Source of the DNA: Coriobacteriia bacterium
GTDB lineage: Bacteria > Actinomycetota > Coriobacteriia > Coriobacteriales > UMGS124
Direction: 5' to 3'
DNA: 64,000 nt
Assembly: GCA_963930185.1 (NCBI GenBank)
Contig: CAWVLT010000047.1
Coordinates: 2,134-66,133 of the forward strand
In this document: one piece after another, positions 18,272-28,223 of the stretch
How the letters are laid out: every line of letters starts with the position of its first letter
Position numbering within the stretch: position 1 is the first letter of the stretch
The notes under the pieces: generated by a model
The model's input: the letters and a program-made list of their open reading frames with translations, nothing else
Database searches by the model: none
What the model was told of the DNA's origin: nothing
Made by a program: the position numbers and the translations under genes

Positions 18272-20143
18272 ATGAGCGAAGCAAAGCCTAAGAACTCTAC
18301 GTCCGACGCACGTTCCGGCGCACGTTCTGCCGCCACCTCGGGCAGCTCTGGGGAACAGGCGAAGTCCGGACGCGCCCCGCAGGCGGGCGAACGGCGCCAC
18401 ATGGGGCCGTTTCGTCGCTTCCTCTCCTACTACGGGCCGCAGAAGAAGCTCTTCTGGATCGACATGGCGTGCGCCCTACTCGTGGCCGCCATCGACCTGG
18501 CCTTTCCGCAGATCTTGCGCAATCTGACCAATGGCCTCTTCCAGGGGCCGGCGGGCGAGATCTACTCGGCCCTGGTGCTTCTGCTCGTGGGCTTGGTGGT
18601 CATGTACGCGGTGCGCTTCGCCTGCCGCTACTTCGTGGCGGCCTGGGGCCACATCATGGGTGCGCGCATGGAGAACCGCATGCGCGCCGACCTGTTCGAC
18701 CAGTACGAGCGCTTCTCGTTCTCGTGGTACGATCGCGTCAAGACCGGCGACATGATGAGCCGCGTGGTGAGCGATCTGTTTGACATCTCCGAGGCGGCAC
18801 ACCACGGCCCGGAGAACATCGTCATCAGCAGCATCGAGATCGTGGGCATGCTCGTCATCATGTCCATCATCAACTGGCAGCTCGCGCTGGCCCTCACGCT
18901 GGTGACCGCCATCGCGGTCGTCTACCTCATCCGGCGCAACAAGACGCTGCAGGCCACCTTCCGCGACAACCGCATCAAGATCTCGGGCATCAACTCCCAG
19001 CTCGAGGACTCGCTGTCGGGCATCCGCGTGGTCAAGTCGTTTGCGGCCGAGGACTACGAGCGCGCCAAGTTCCGCACGGCCAACGAGGCATACCTGGCCT
19101 CCAAGGAGAACACCTACCGCAACATGGGCGTGTTCAGCGCCGTGAGCTCCACGATCTCGGGCATGCTCTACACGGTGGTCATCGTGCTGGGCGGCTACCT
19201 GGTGGCGGCGGGGCAGCTCGCGGCGTCCGACCTCGCCATCTTCGCCCTGTATATCGGCATCCTGAGCACCCCCATCGAGACGCTCGTGAACTTCACCGAG
19301 GTGTTCCAGAAGGCAGCGGCGGGCTTCAAGCGCTTCTGCGAGATCCTGGACACCAAGCCCGACATCGTCGACAGGCCCGACGCGCCCGATATCCGCGTGA
19401 CCCAGGGACGCATCGACTTCGACGACGTGTGCTTCTCCTACGACGGCACGGTCGACGTGCTCGACCACCTCGACCTGCACGTGGAGCCGGGGCAGACCGT
19501 GGCGCTGGTGGGCCCCTCGGGCGGCGGCAAGACCACGACGTGCTCGATGGTGCCGCGCTTCTACGACGTGCGCAGCGGCTCGGTACGCATCGACGGCGTC
19601 GACGTGCGCGACGTCACCCAGGACAGCCTGCGGCGCAGCATCGGCCTGGTGCAGCAGGACATCTACCTGTTCGACGGCACCATCGGTGAGAACATCGCCT
19701 ACGGCCGGCCCGACGCTACGCTCGACGAGATTGTCGAGGCCGCGAAGTCGGCCAACATCCACGACTTCGTGATGACGCTGCCCCTGGGGTACGACACGCT
19801 GGTGGGCGAGCGCGGGGCGCGACTCTCGGGCGGGCAGAAGCAGCGTATCTCCATGGCGCGCGTGTTCCTCAAGAACCCGCCCATCATCATCCTCGACGAG
19901 GCGACGAGCGCCCTGGATAACGAGAGCGAGCGGGCAGTGCAGGCCTCGCTCGCCAAGCTCTCGCAGGGACGCACCACGCTGGTGATCGCGCATCGGCTGT
20001 CGACCATCCGCAGCGCCACGCGCATCGTGGCCATGCAGGACGGCCGCGTGGCCGAGAGCGGCACGCACGAGGAGCTGCTCGCCAAGGACGGCATCTACGC
20101 TCGGTATTACCGCATGCAGTTCCAGGGGATCATCGAGGACTAG
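18272..20143 (+). CDS. ABC exporter, fused permease/ATPase (MsbA/MdlB-like); no C39 peptidase domain
   Basis: ORF 18089..20143 trimmed to ATG 18272. Six-TM exporter domain. Walker [10 protein letters not shown], signature LSGGQKQR, Walker [10 protein letters not shown]. Confidence 0.9.
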   Translation: MSEAKPKNSTSDARSGARSAATSGSSGEQAKSGRAPQAGERRHMGPFRRFLSYYGPQKKLFWIDMACALLVAAIDLAFPQILRNLTNGLFQGPAGEIYSALVLLLVGLVVMYAVRFACRYFVAAWGHIMGARMENRMRADLFDQYERFSFSWYDRVKTGDMMSRVVSDLFDISEAAHHGPENIVISSIEIVGMLVIMSIINWQLALALTLVTAIAVVYLIRRNKTLQATFRDNRIKISGINSQLEDSLSGIRVVKSFAAEDYERAKFRTANEAYLASKENTYRNMGVFSAVSSTISGMLYTVVIVLGGYLVAAGQLAASDLAIFALYIGILSTPIETLVNFTEVFQKAAAGFKRFCEILDTKPDIVDRPDAPDIRVTQGRIDFDDVCFSYDGTVDVLDHLDLHVEPGQTVALVGPSGGGKTTTCSMVPRFYDVRSGSVRIDGVDVRDVTQDSLRRSIGLVQQDIYLFDGTIGENIAYGRPDATLDEIVEAAKSANIHDFVMTLPLGYDTLVGERGARLSGGQKQRISMARVFLKNPPIIILDEATSALDNESERAVQASLAKLSQGRTTLVIAHRLSTIRSATRIVAMQDGRVAESGTHEELLAKDGIYARYYRMQFQGIIED

Positions 20144-20319
20144 GCGAGCGGCCCGCGTTTTGTGGGCGCTTTGGGCACAAAGCGGCGAATCCGCCGACCA
20201 GCGGCCCTTTTCTGCCCGCCATGGTTGTCCAGTTGAAAGCAATTGCGTATAGTCCTCAATACTGGTGTATCCTTGCAAGGATGCATGTACTGTTCTGCGC
20301 AGGAGAGAGGGCAGGCTTC

Positions 20320-21036
20320 ATGGAGGGCAAAGACAGCTCCCGGACGGAGGAGTCGTCCATGCACGACGAGCGTCCGCACGGGTACACGCTGGCCGATGAG
20401 GAGCTTGAGCGCGTGCACGAGAAGAGTATGTCGGGTGACGTGCTCGACCCCATAGCCCTGGACGACCCGACCGGCACCTCGGTTGAGCGCGTCGTGCTGC
20501 GCGTGGGTATCACCGTCGTGGCCATCCTGGTCGCTGGCATTCTCCTTGCCCAGGTTGCCTGCAAGAACATCCGCCTGTCCATGGTGACCGACCTGGGCGA
20601 GGGCATCACGCAGGAGAGCGTGGGCTCCGCTCTGTCGAGCGGCATCCTGTGGGGAGGGGAGATCGTGGGCTTCCCCGCCGACTCCGAGGTGAACTCGTTC
20701 GACGCGGCGACGGGAACGCTCGAGGTCACGATGGCAGACGACTCCTCGCGTTCCGTCGAGCAGCTGCTCTCCGCCTTCCAGGGCAGGGCCATGACCCTGG
20801 CCATGAGCGCCTTCGAGGACGAGGCCGTGCGCACGGTGATCGTGCACGTGACGGGGCACGTCTCTGCGGAGGACGGCTCATTCACTGGCAAGGCCTCCGA
20901 TCCCATGGGCGAGGCCGTGACGTTCACCTGGACGCGCAGCGACGCCGACCCCACCTCGTTCACCATGACGATGACGGGCTATGACCCGGTGGCCGCGGCC
21001 TCTGCGAGCGCGCTGGGGGACGAGGCGCAGGGCTAG
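20320..21036 (+). CDS. Hypothetical single-pass membrane protein
   Basis: ORF 20221..21036; the start at ATG 20320 is uncertain. One TM (VVLRVGITVVAILVAGILLA). No family recognised. Confidence 0.45.
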   Translation: MEGKDSSRTEESSMHDERPHGYTLADEELERVHEKSMSGDVLDPIALDDPTGTSVERVVLRVGITVVAILVAGILLAQVACKNIRLSMVTDLGEGITQESVGSALSSGILWGGEIVGFPADSEVNSFDAATGTLEVTMADDSSRSVEQLLSAFQGRAMTLAMSAFEDEAVRTVIVHVTGHVSAEDGSFTGKASDPMGEAVTFTWTRSDADPTSFTMTMTGYDPVAAASASALGDEAQG

Positions 21037-21836
21037 CGTTCCTGCCGAGGCTCCTTCTTCACGGGAAAGTCCGCTGGGTCGAGCGTCTCGACTGCCGAGG
21101 TGTCAACAAGGTCTGCGGCCCATGAGAGGGCTTCGCGCGCGACCTGCGCCGCCGCCCGGTAGAGCCCGCTCTTTGCCTGGCGCTTGACGTTGCCCAGGTA
21201 GATGGGGGCAAACACCAGCAGGTGTTCGGAGAGAAACGCCCGCAGCTCTGCGGTGGCGCCCTGGCGGATGACGTCGCCGCTGGGCTTATCGGAGTCGCTG
21301 CCATCGCCGTTGCTTGGTTCGGCCGTCTCCTGCCCTTGCTCGCTTGCCGCAGCCCCTGCCTCGGCGACCTTTGAGACGTACAGGCACTCCAGGCCAAAGT
21401 GGTCGCACGGCTCGTTGCGGCCGGTTGCCAGCGACAGGCCGTGACGCTCGTAGTCGCGCTTCACCTGCAGAGTGGTGGGGCCAAACAGCGTGCGGTCGTC
21501 GGTGCGGTACACCGACTCGTAGGGGGAGGTTCTGCTAAAGCTCACCTGATAGAAGAGAAACGCGCGGTCCTGCCTGAACCGCGACGTCGCCGCCTGGGGG
21601 TCGGCCGCGGTCGCATATCCGTCAAGCACGTCCCTGAGCTCTCCCGCGCCGGGGCAGGCGGAGGCGAAGGGCTTCTCGGCCAGCAGGTCGCGCATGCGCG
21701 CCAGGTCGTCCACGACGCCCGCCTCGGGGTCCTCCCAGAACAGCCTCCCCACGACCCCAAAGACGATCGAGATGGCGCGTAGCTGCTCTGCGCTCAGGGT
21801 TTTGCGTGCGCTGTCGTGCATGGCGGTGCTCATCAT
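21033..21836 (-). CDS. TorD/DmsD-family redox-enzyme maturation chaperone
   Basis: Lies downstream of dmsAB-like genes. LFWEDPE..., FLFYQVSF..., EPCDHFGLECLYVS resemble TorD-family motifs. Carries an acidic insert. Confidence 0.6.
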   Translation of the reverse strand: MMSTAMHDSARKTLSAEQLRAISIVFGVVGRLFWEDPEAGVVDDLARMRDLLAEKPFASACPGAGELRDVLDGYATAADPQAATSRFRQDRAFLFYQVSFSRTSPYESVYRTDDRTLFGPTTLQVKRDYERHGLSLATGRNEPCDHFGLECLYVSKVAEAGAAASEQGQETAEPSNGDGSDSDKPSGDVIRQGATAELRAFLSEHLLVFAPIYLGNVKRQAKSGLYRAAAQVAREALSWAADLVDTSAVETLDPADFPVKKEPRQER

Positions 21837-21906
21837 GGCTGGCGCAACCTTTCTGAGAAATGGGCCGCGCGCCGCGAGGCTTTCTGCGACGCGCGGCCCG
21901 GGTGGA

Positions 21907-22536
21907 CTAACGGTGCTCGAGCGTGGCCTGGCCTATCTCGGCCAGGTTCATGATCTCCCCGCCCTTGTCGGAGTCGCGATGCGGGTTGATCACGACGTTG
22001 GGCTTGGTCTCATCACCGAACAGCGCGATGGTGCACGTGTCGCCGTAGCGCTCGCGTAGCTCGTCGATCGGCCCGAACTCAAGGGCGCGCACGGGGCATG
22101 CGGTGGCGCAGGCGGGGTGGGGCACGCCGTCCTCACTTGCCTCGTCGGTGCACAGCGTGCATTTGATCGACTTGTTGATCGTCTTGCTCACGAACGGGTG
22201 GCCGTAGGGGCAGGCCAGCGCGCAGGCGCCGCACCCGATGCACACCTCGTGGTCGGAGCGGACGATGCCGTCGGCATACTTCTGCATGGCGCCGGTGGGG
22301 CAGTTGGCCACGCAGGCCGGGTTGTCGCACTGCTGGCAGGTCAGCGAGACGTAGTAGGCAAACGCCGTGCTGGAAAAGGCCCCGTTCTCGTCGGTCGTGT
22401 AGCTGCCGCCGGCGAACTCGTAGACCTTGCGGATCTTCTCGTCGTCCTCCAGGTTGTTGCGGTCCATGCACGCCGTCATGCAGGCCTTGCAGCCGGTGCA
22501 GATCTCGGTGTTCACGTAGAATCCGTACTGGGACAT
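21907..22536 (-). CDS. 4Fe-4S ferredoxin subunit, DmsB-like
   Basis: Four Cys clusters: CTGCKACMTAC, CQQCDNPACVANCP, CIGCGACALACP, CTLC...ACATACP. Confidence 0.9.
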   Translation of the reverse strand: MSQYGFYVNTEICTGCKACMTACMDRNNLEDDEKIRKVYEFAGGSYTTDENGAFSSTAFAYYVSLTCQQCDNPACVANCPTGAMQKYADGIVRSDHEVCIGCGACALACPYGHPFVSKTINKSIKCTLCTDEASEDGVPHPACATACPVRALEFGPIDELRERYGDTCTIALFGDETKPNVVINPHRDSDKGGEIMNLAEIGQATLEHR

Positions 22537-22567
22537 CTCAGGTCCTCCTCTCCTGTCGTCCGGGCCG

Positions 22568-25231
22568 CTAGAGCTTGGTCACGGCCACGTGGTTGGTGTG
22601 CACGCCGTTGCCCTTGCTGATGGGCGTGGGGCGCACCGACGTGAGGACCGAGACGCATCCGCCGTGGTCGACGTTGTCGTAGCTGCCCACCATCTCGGCG
22701 TCGGTGCTCTCGGGCTCGTACCAGGCGCCCTGCGGCAGGCTCAGCACGCCGGGCATGATGCGCGGGGTGACCTTCGCGGTGATCTGCACGCGGCCGCGTG
22801 CGTTGTAGACCTCGACCATGTCGCCGTTGGCGATGCCCAGCGCCTCGGCGTCCTGCGTGTTGATCCACAGCTGCTGCGGGGCAACCTGCTTCATCCAGTC
22901 CACGTTGCCGTAGCTAGAGTGGACGCGCGTCTTCTGGTGCTGGCCGATGAGCTGGAACGGGTACTTGTCGGCGTCGGTCTCGTCGCCCACGCCCTCGGGC
23001 GCGACGTAGTACTGGGGCAGCGCGTAGATCTCGCCCATGCCGTCGTCGGGCAGGTAGCCGCCACCGGTGACGTCCCACTGTTTGGAGATGTTGTACGCCT
23101 GCTTGGAGAAGACCTCCCACTTGCCCGAGGGGGTCGCCAGTTTCTCGGGCTTCTCGTAGACGGCGGGCGTGTGGTCGTCGGTCTGCTTGAAGAGCCCCTG
23201 GGCCTTGAACTCCTCGAAGGTGGCGGGCAGGTCGGCGCCGGCCTCGATGGCCTGGTCGTAGAGCCACTCGACCCAGCCCTCCTGCGTGCGGCCCTCGGTG
23301 AACTCGTCATAGACGCCGAGCTTCTCGGCGAGCAGGCAGCAGATCTCGTAGACGGGCTTGCTCTCGAACAGCGGGGCGACTGCCGGGGACTCGCACAGCA
23401 CGAACCCCGTCCAGGCGCTGCCGCCGGTGCAGACGTCCAGCTCCTCGAAGCTGGTGGTGCCCGGCAGGATGATGTCACTGATCATGGCGGTGGGCGTCAT
23501 GTACACGTCGTCGGTCACGATCATGGTGAGGCCCGAGTCGTCCTCGTCGGGCAGGTTGTAGAGACGCAGCATCTCGTTGATGTCGCCGTGCTGGCCCATC
23601 ATGACGTTGGAGGCGTAGTTCCAGACGAACTTGATGGGGGCCTTGAGCGCGACGGTCCCCGGCTCCTCGGCGTAGGTTATGGTACCGGTGTTGTCGATGT
23701 TGCGCACGCCCCACGTGGCGTCGTTCATGGACTTGTAGTCCTCGATGGCGTGGTACCAGTCAAAGAAGCTCACGCAGGTGGTGACGGTGTTCTTCTCCAC
23801 CAGGTTGGGGATGGATGAGGGGATGGGATACCCCACGCCGCCGGTTGCCTCGCGCGCGCCGGTGCCGCCGCCGGAGATGCCGACGTTTTTGGTGAGCGCC
23901 GCGATCATGCCGATGGCGCGGGCGCTGTAGCCGCCGGCCATGTGGCGCTGCGGGCCCCAGCCCTGGATCGTGGCGGTGGGGCCGTCCAGGTACAGCTCGG
24001 CCAGCTCCACGATGGTGGCGGCGGGCACGCCGGTGATGGAGGCGGCCCACTCGGGGGTCTTCTCGCCCGTGCCCTCGAAGGCGCCGGTGCCCATGAGGTA
24101 GGCCTCGTAGGACATGTCCTCCTCGACGGTGAGGGTGCCGGTCTTGTCAAAGCCAAAGAACGTGTTATCCGGCGGCTCGCCCTGCTTGACCTGCTCGAGG
24201 AAGGTGTCGCTGTAGAAGCCGATGAAGTTCTCCTCGATGAAGTCGCGGTCGAGCTTGTCGTTGGTCATGAGATAGTGGACCATGCCGGCGACCAGCGCCA
24301 TGTCGGTGCCCGGCCTCACGGGGATCCACTGGTTGGCCACGCCCACCGCGGTGTCGGACAGGATGGGATCGATGACCACGATCTTGGCATCGGGGTTCTG
24401 CAGGCGCACCTGGGTGATGAGATACTGCATCGCCGAGCCGCTCATGCGGGTGTTGGCGGGGTTGTTGCCCCACAGGACGATGTTCTTGGAGTTGACCAGG
24501 TCGGTGACCTCGTTGTTGCTGTAGGCGTCGCCGTTGAACAGCGGTAGCTCCCAGTTGATCTGGCCGGTGGAGTAGTCGCAGTAGTGGCGCAGGTATCCGC
24601 CGAAGCAGTTGAGCAGGCGGGCGAACATGGTGTTGTCCGGTGCCCAGGACTTACTCACGGTACCGCCCAGCTGGCCGGTGCCGTACTGGATGTAGAACGC
24701 GTCGTTGCCGTACTTCTCCTTGATCGAGATCATGGCGCTGGCGATCTCGTCGATGGCCTCGTCCCAGGTGATGGCCTCGAACTTGCCCTCGCCACGCTTG
24801 GTTCCGGGCACGCGGCGCAGCGGGGTCTGGATGCGCGAGTCGTTGTAGAGGCGCTGGCGGTTGGTGCGGCCGCGCACGCAGGAGCGCATCTGGTAGATCT
24901 CGCCCGGCCCGAAGATGTCGCCCCCATCATCGTCGACACCCACGCGCACGACGGTGTCGTCCTTCACGTACATCTTGAGCGGGCAGCGGCTTCCGCAGTT
25001 CACGTGGCAGCCACCCCAGGCCATGCTGTCATACTCGAACGGCTCGGCGGCCGGCGGCTGCGGGGCGTCCGCAGCATCGGCGCCAGCGCTGGCGTCACTT
25101 GCCAGTGCGCTTGTCGACACGACGCCCGTCAGGGCAGCGGTGCCGCCCATGACGGCGGCCCACTCGAGAAACGTGCGACGGCTCATCGTGGCGTCTGTCC
25201 TCTGGGGTAGCTTCTCGTCGGTCATTGGCAT
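22568..25231 (-). CDS. Molybdopterin oxidoreductase catalytic subunit, DMSO-reductase family (DmsA-like), Tat-exported; substrate unknown
   Basis: ORF 22568..25276 trimmed to ATG 25231 behind GAGAGGAGAGGGG. Tat signal SRRTFLEWAAVMGG. FeS motif CHVNCGSRCP. 887 aa, continuous frame with no in-frame stop. Confidence 0.9.
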   Translation of the reverse strand: MPMTDEKLPQRTDATMSRRTFLEWAAVMGGTAALTGVVSTSALASDASAGADAADAPQPPAAEPFEYDSMAWGGCHVNCGSRCPLKMYVKDDTVVRVGVDDDGGDIFGPGEIYQMRSCVRGRTNRQRLYNDSRIQTPLRRVPGTKRGEGKFEAITWDEAIDEIASAMISIKEKYGNDAFYIQYGTGQLGGTVSKSWAPDNTMFARLLNCFGGYLRHYCDYSTGQINWELPLFNGDAYSNNEVTDLVNSKNIVLWGNNPANTRMSGSAMQYLITQVRLQNPDAKIVVIDPILSDTAVGVANQWIPVRPGTDMALVAGMVHYLMTNDKLDRDFIEENFIGFYSDTFLEQVKQGEPPDNTFFGFDKTGTLTVEEDMSYEAYLMGTGAFEGTGEKTPEWAASITGVPAATIVELAELYLDGPTATIQGWGPQRHMAGGYSARAIGMIAALTKNVGISGGGTGAREATGGVGYPIPSSIPNLVEKNTVTTCVSFFDWYHAIEDYKSMNDATWGVRNIDNTGTITYAEEPGTVALKAPIKFVWNYASNVMMGQHGDINEMLRLYNLPDEDDSGLTMIVTDDVYMTPTAMISDIILPGTTSFEELDVCTGGSAWTGFVLCESPAVAPLFESKPVYEICCLLAEKLGVYDEFTEGRTQEGWVEWLYDQAIEAGADLPATFEEFKAQGLFKQTDDHTPAVYEKPEKLATPSGKWEVFSKQAYNISKQWDVTGGGYLPDDGMGEIYALPQYYVAPEGVGDETDADKYPFQLIGQHQKTRVHSSYGNVDWMKQVAPQQLWINTQDAEALGIANGDMVEVYNARGRVQITAKVTPRIMPGVLSLPQGAWYEPESTDAEMVGSYDNVDHGGCVSVLTSVRPTPISKGNGVHTNHVAVTKL

Positions 25232-25534
25232 TCCCCTCTCCTCTCGTCCAAAGCTCCTCGAACGATCCTTCGGCACGGGATGAGGGGCGTGCGGCTACTT
25301 GATACCACGCATGGCCGTGGCCCTAACCCGTGTCGTCATGTTCCATTGAAACTCTCGCGCGGCACCCCCTTGTCACATGCGGTATGTGACATGCGACGAA
25401 ATGCCTGCTCACCGACATGCTCGATTTTTCTGCTCGCCGCGTTGCACTCTGGCTCGGTATACTCTTGGTGGAGGTCCGTGTTCCCGATTGGGGCCGAGAT
25501 GACCGGAGCCCCTCTTCAAGGAGGTCGTTCGTCT

Positions 25535-27475
25535 ATGGCGCTTCAGCTTCTCTTCGGCGACGACGTCGATGTCTCCTTCCTCGACAGGCTGGTCGAGGTT
25601 GACCACGCATGCTACGAGCCCGAGTACTGGGGTGATCCGCGCAACACACAGGCCCGCTATCTCAAGAACAGACGATCGTTTGTCTTCGTGCTCGACGCCG
25701 GAAGCGATCGCCTGGCCGGCTACCTTAACTTTTTCCCCTGTGAACGTGGCCTATATCTAGACAACCTGTCTCGCAGCCCCGTCATCCGCGACGATGACAT
25801 CACGCCCGACGAGGTCGCTGACTACCGAACTGACGAAAACCATCTGTTTATCATCTCGATGGCGATACATCCTGACTACCAAGGCGGCGAGGCCGTCAGG
25901 CTGCTGACCAATGGGTTCATCGACTATCTTGGCAGGTTACGCGCGCAAGGCTATCCCATTACGGACATCATGGGGACGGCGGTCTCGGCCCATGGGCGCA
26001 AGGCCATGGGAAATCTCCTCTTTCGCAGGCATCGTGAGCTGGATGACGGGAACACGGTCTATGTCTGCGATGGCTCACGCCTCGACAAGCTCCTTGCCAA
26101 CGACCTGTACTTCAAGACGTATCAAGATGACCTGTGGATACTCCTGCCGCTCGCGGAGCACAAGGCGAATCTGCGCATAGCCAACCTCTTCTCTGATCTC
26201 GATGGGAAGGATTGGGAAGGCGGGCCCGGGGCGAGGTGTCGCCCACCGGTCGCGCCTGAGGGCGATCCTTCTGGCGAGCCTGCCGGGTTCGGGCGTCACG
26301 ACGAGGTTGGTCGCTCGGTCGCACGCCGCGTAATCGACGCTCTGCGCGAATGCTTTGCCTACGAGTGCAGCAACGAGGTCGTGCGCGACCTCGAGTTCGC
26401 GTACCTGGGGAGCTACGATTTTCTCCATACTACTGACGAGTACGAGGGGCGGCACTCGGGAAATGAGGTGGTGATGGGTCTGCCGCACGGCCACGCCATA
26501 CTCGTTGCGCATCGACGAACGCACATGTTTGTGGTCGCACTCGTGCTGCCTTCCTACCCTCACTCCACCACCCAGATGGAGGATCAGGTCTCCTATGACT
26601 ACCTCAAGATCAGGGACCCGCAGAGTGGCTCGTTCATCCCGTTCTACAGTTATTTGCTGAAGACATACGGCCTGCATCGCTGCGGGCCGGCGAAGTGCCT
26701 GCTTTACCTTGCCGGCAAGCCTCACGATGAGCGCGAGCTGCAGGACATGCTCGCCGCCGAGTCATATGACAACTACGGGCGCGAATACCGCATGGCAAGC
26801 CCCGAGCTCGCGCTGGCGGCTACGCAGAACCGCGCCGTATATGACTATTATGAGGTGTATCTTTCGAGCAGGGCGATCGTCTACGTCGCCAAGGAATACT
26901 CCGACGAGATGGAGGATCGCATCTTTGATTTTGCGAACTATCTGTTCGTGGTCATGCTCGTCCTCTTCCAGAACACGGCGCTTGCCAAGGTGAACATGCG
27001 CGTCACAGATGTACTCGAGACAAATCGCGACATCTCGCCCAAGGCGAAGCTCGCGATCGATCGGGAGTATGGGCAGACCATTCGCTTCTGGGAGGTGCAG
27101 AACTTCAAATACTTGTCGACGCAGATAGAGGGCACCTATGTTCGTGAGGCGTTCCTCAACAAGGAGCTGTCAGAAATATACAGCGAGCATCAGGGATTCC
27201 TCGAACATCTGGTCTCGGTAAAGAGCGCTATCGCCGAGGGTCGCACGGGTATGGTCATCAACGTTGTGGCTGTCATCCTTGCTGCAATCCAGCTTGAGCC
27301 CGTGTTCACGGATCTGCTCATGAGACTATACTCCTTCTTGGGGATAGAGGCCGCCTATGCGACGGGCGCCACGTATCGTGGACTGTTCGGCGGGATCGCG
27401 CTCATCGTCGTCGTGGTGGTTGCCAATTATTGGAGACGCTATCGGCCACACCATAACGACACGGGCGGGAGGTGA
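25535..27475 (+). CDS. GNAT-like N-acetyltransferase domain fused to a ~450-aa unknown region ending in 2-3 hydrophobic helices
   Basis: ORF 25280..27475 trimmed to ATG 25535 behind CAAGGAGG. N-terminal ~190 aa look GNAT-like (HLFIISMAIHPDYQGGEAVRLL). C-terminal helices are YLFVVMLVLFQNTAL, MVINVVAVILAAIQL and GLFGGIALIVVVVVANYW. The middle region is not recognised. Confidence 0.5.
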   Translation: MALQLLFGDDVDVSFLDRLVEVDHACYEPEYWGDPRNTQARYLKNRRSFVFVLDAGSDRLAGYLNFFPCERGLYLDNLSRSPVIRDDDITPDEVADYRTDENHLFIISMAIHPDYQGGEAVRLLTNGFIDYLGRLRAQGYPITDIMGTAVSAHGRKAMGNLLFRRHRELDDGNTVYVCDGSRLDKLLANDLYFKTYQDDLWILLPLAEHKANLRIANLFSDLDGKDWEGGPGARCRPPVAPEGDPSGEPAGFGRHDEVGRSVARRVIDALRECFAYECSNEVVRDLEFAYLGSYDFLHTTDEYEGRHSGNEVVMGLPHGHAILVAHRRTHMFVVALVLPSYPHSTTQMEDQVSYDYLKIRDPQSGSFIPFYSYLLKTYGLHRCGPAKCLLYLAGKPHDERELQDMLAAESYDNYGREYRMASPELALAATQNRAVYDYYEVYLSSRAIVYVAKEYSDEMEDRIFDFANYLFVVMLVLFQNTALAKVNMRVTDVLETNRDISPKAKLAIDREYGQTIRFWEVQNFKYLSTQIEGTYVREAFLNKELSEIYSEHQGFLEHLVSVKSAIAEGRTGMVINVVAVILAAIQLEPVFTDLLMRLYSFLGIEAAYATGATYRGLFGGIALIVVVVVANYWRRYRPHHNDTGGR

Positions 27476-27481
27476 GGGGGC

Positions 27482-28141
27482 GTGACAACGAGGGGGAAAC
27501 GCCGGCAGTACCGTCGAGGGCGCTGGGATTGGATATGGGGCAACCGGATGGCCTGGACGGCGCTGCTTCTCGTCATCGCGGCCCTGCTCTCGGCCGTTCG
27601 CTTTGTCACGTTGAGCCAAGGGGGAGCCGTCACGTTTTTGAGCCTGCTGCCCTTGTGGCTCGTGACTTTCTTTTACGGACCTCGCCATGGCCTGGCTGCC
27701 GGCTTTGTATATGGATTCGTGAGACTGGCGGTGATTGGGGTGACGGGGGAGTGGGTTAACTACGCCCCTGGGGCTATCATCCTGGAATATCCGATTGCGT
27801 GCGGTGTGTTCGCGCTGGGCGGGTTGCTGTGCGATAGGCGCGTGGGTGTCGGGGAGGACGGCGTGCCTCGTGATGCGTTTGGGCTGCGGGCGGGGTACCT
27901 GGTCGGCCTGCTTTTGATGGGCGCGTGCTATGTGACCTCCGCCTTGCTTTTCTATCCGCCCGATGCAGAGGGGATCCTCGCAAATCTGGTCTCATGCATT
28001 GTCTATGATATGAGCTATCTGCTTATCGAGGGACTGCTTACCGAACTTCTGCTGTGCGTCCCCGCGGTGGTCGAGGCGGTGCACTACCTGCGCGAGATCG
28101 CGACCACCCCGATGGAGGATCCTACCTTGGAGTCATTCTAG
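27482..28141 (+). CDS. ThiT-like / ECF S-component-like membrane protein
   Basis: Six hydrophobic helices. LPLWLVTFFYGPRHGLAAGFVYGFV and IILEYPIACGVFALGGLL resemble ThiT (Thia_YuaJ) segments. The start is uncertain (GTG 27482 or ATG 27548). Confidence 0.45.
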   Translation: MTTRGKRRQYRRGRWDWIWGNRMAWTALLLVIAALLSAVRFVTLSQGGAVTFLSLLPLWLVTFFYGPRHGLAAGFVYGFVRLAVIGVTGEWVNYAPGAIILEYPIACGVFALGGLLCDRRVGVGEDGVPRDAFGLRAGYLVGLLLMGACYVTSALLFYPPDAEGILANLVSCIVYDMSYLLIEGLLTELLLCVPAVVEAVHYLREIATTPMEDPTLESF

Positions 28142-28223
28142 ACCCTGCCTGCATGCGCAAGTAGAATAGGTGCGTTGTCGAGCTTGCGGTTTCACGTGAG
28201 GCGTTGTGCGAGGTTAACTGGGG

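Noticed and set aside
18476-20278. 600-aa minus-strand ORF
   Set aside because: Antisense to the ABC exporter, which has Walker A/B and signature motifs. Shadow-frame composition.
22568-25231. Selenocysteine (in-frame TGA) in the molybdoenzyme
   Set aside because: The frame is continuous with no internal stop. The N-terminal FeS motif is complete, and no SECIS-like requirement is evident.
27400-27550. TPP riboswitch upstream of the ThiT-like gene
   Set aside because: The gene starts 7 nt after the preceding stop (or within 70 nt), leaving no room for a ~100-nt riboswitch. A thiamine-specific role is therefore not assumed.
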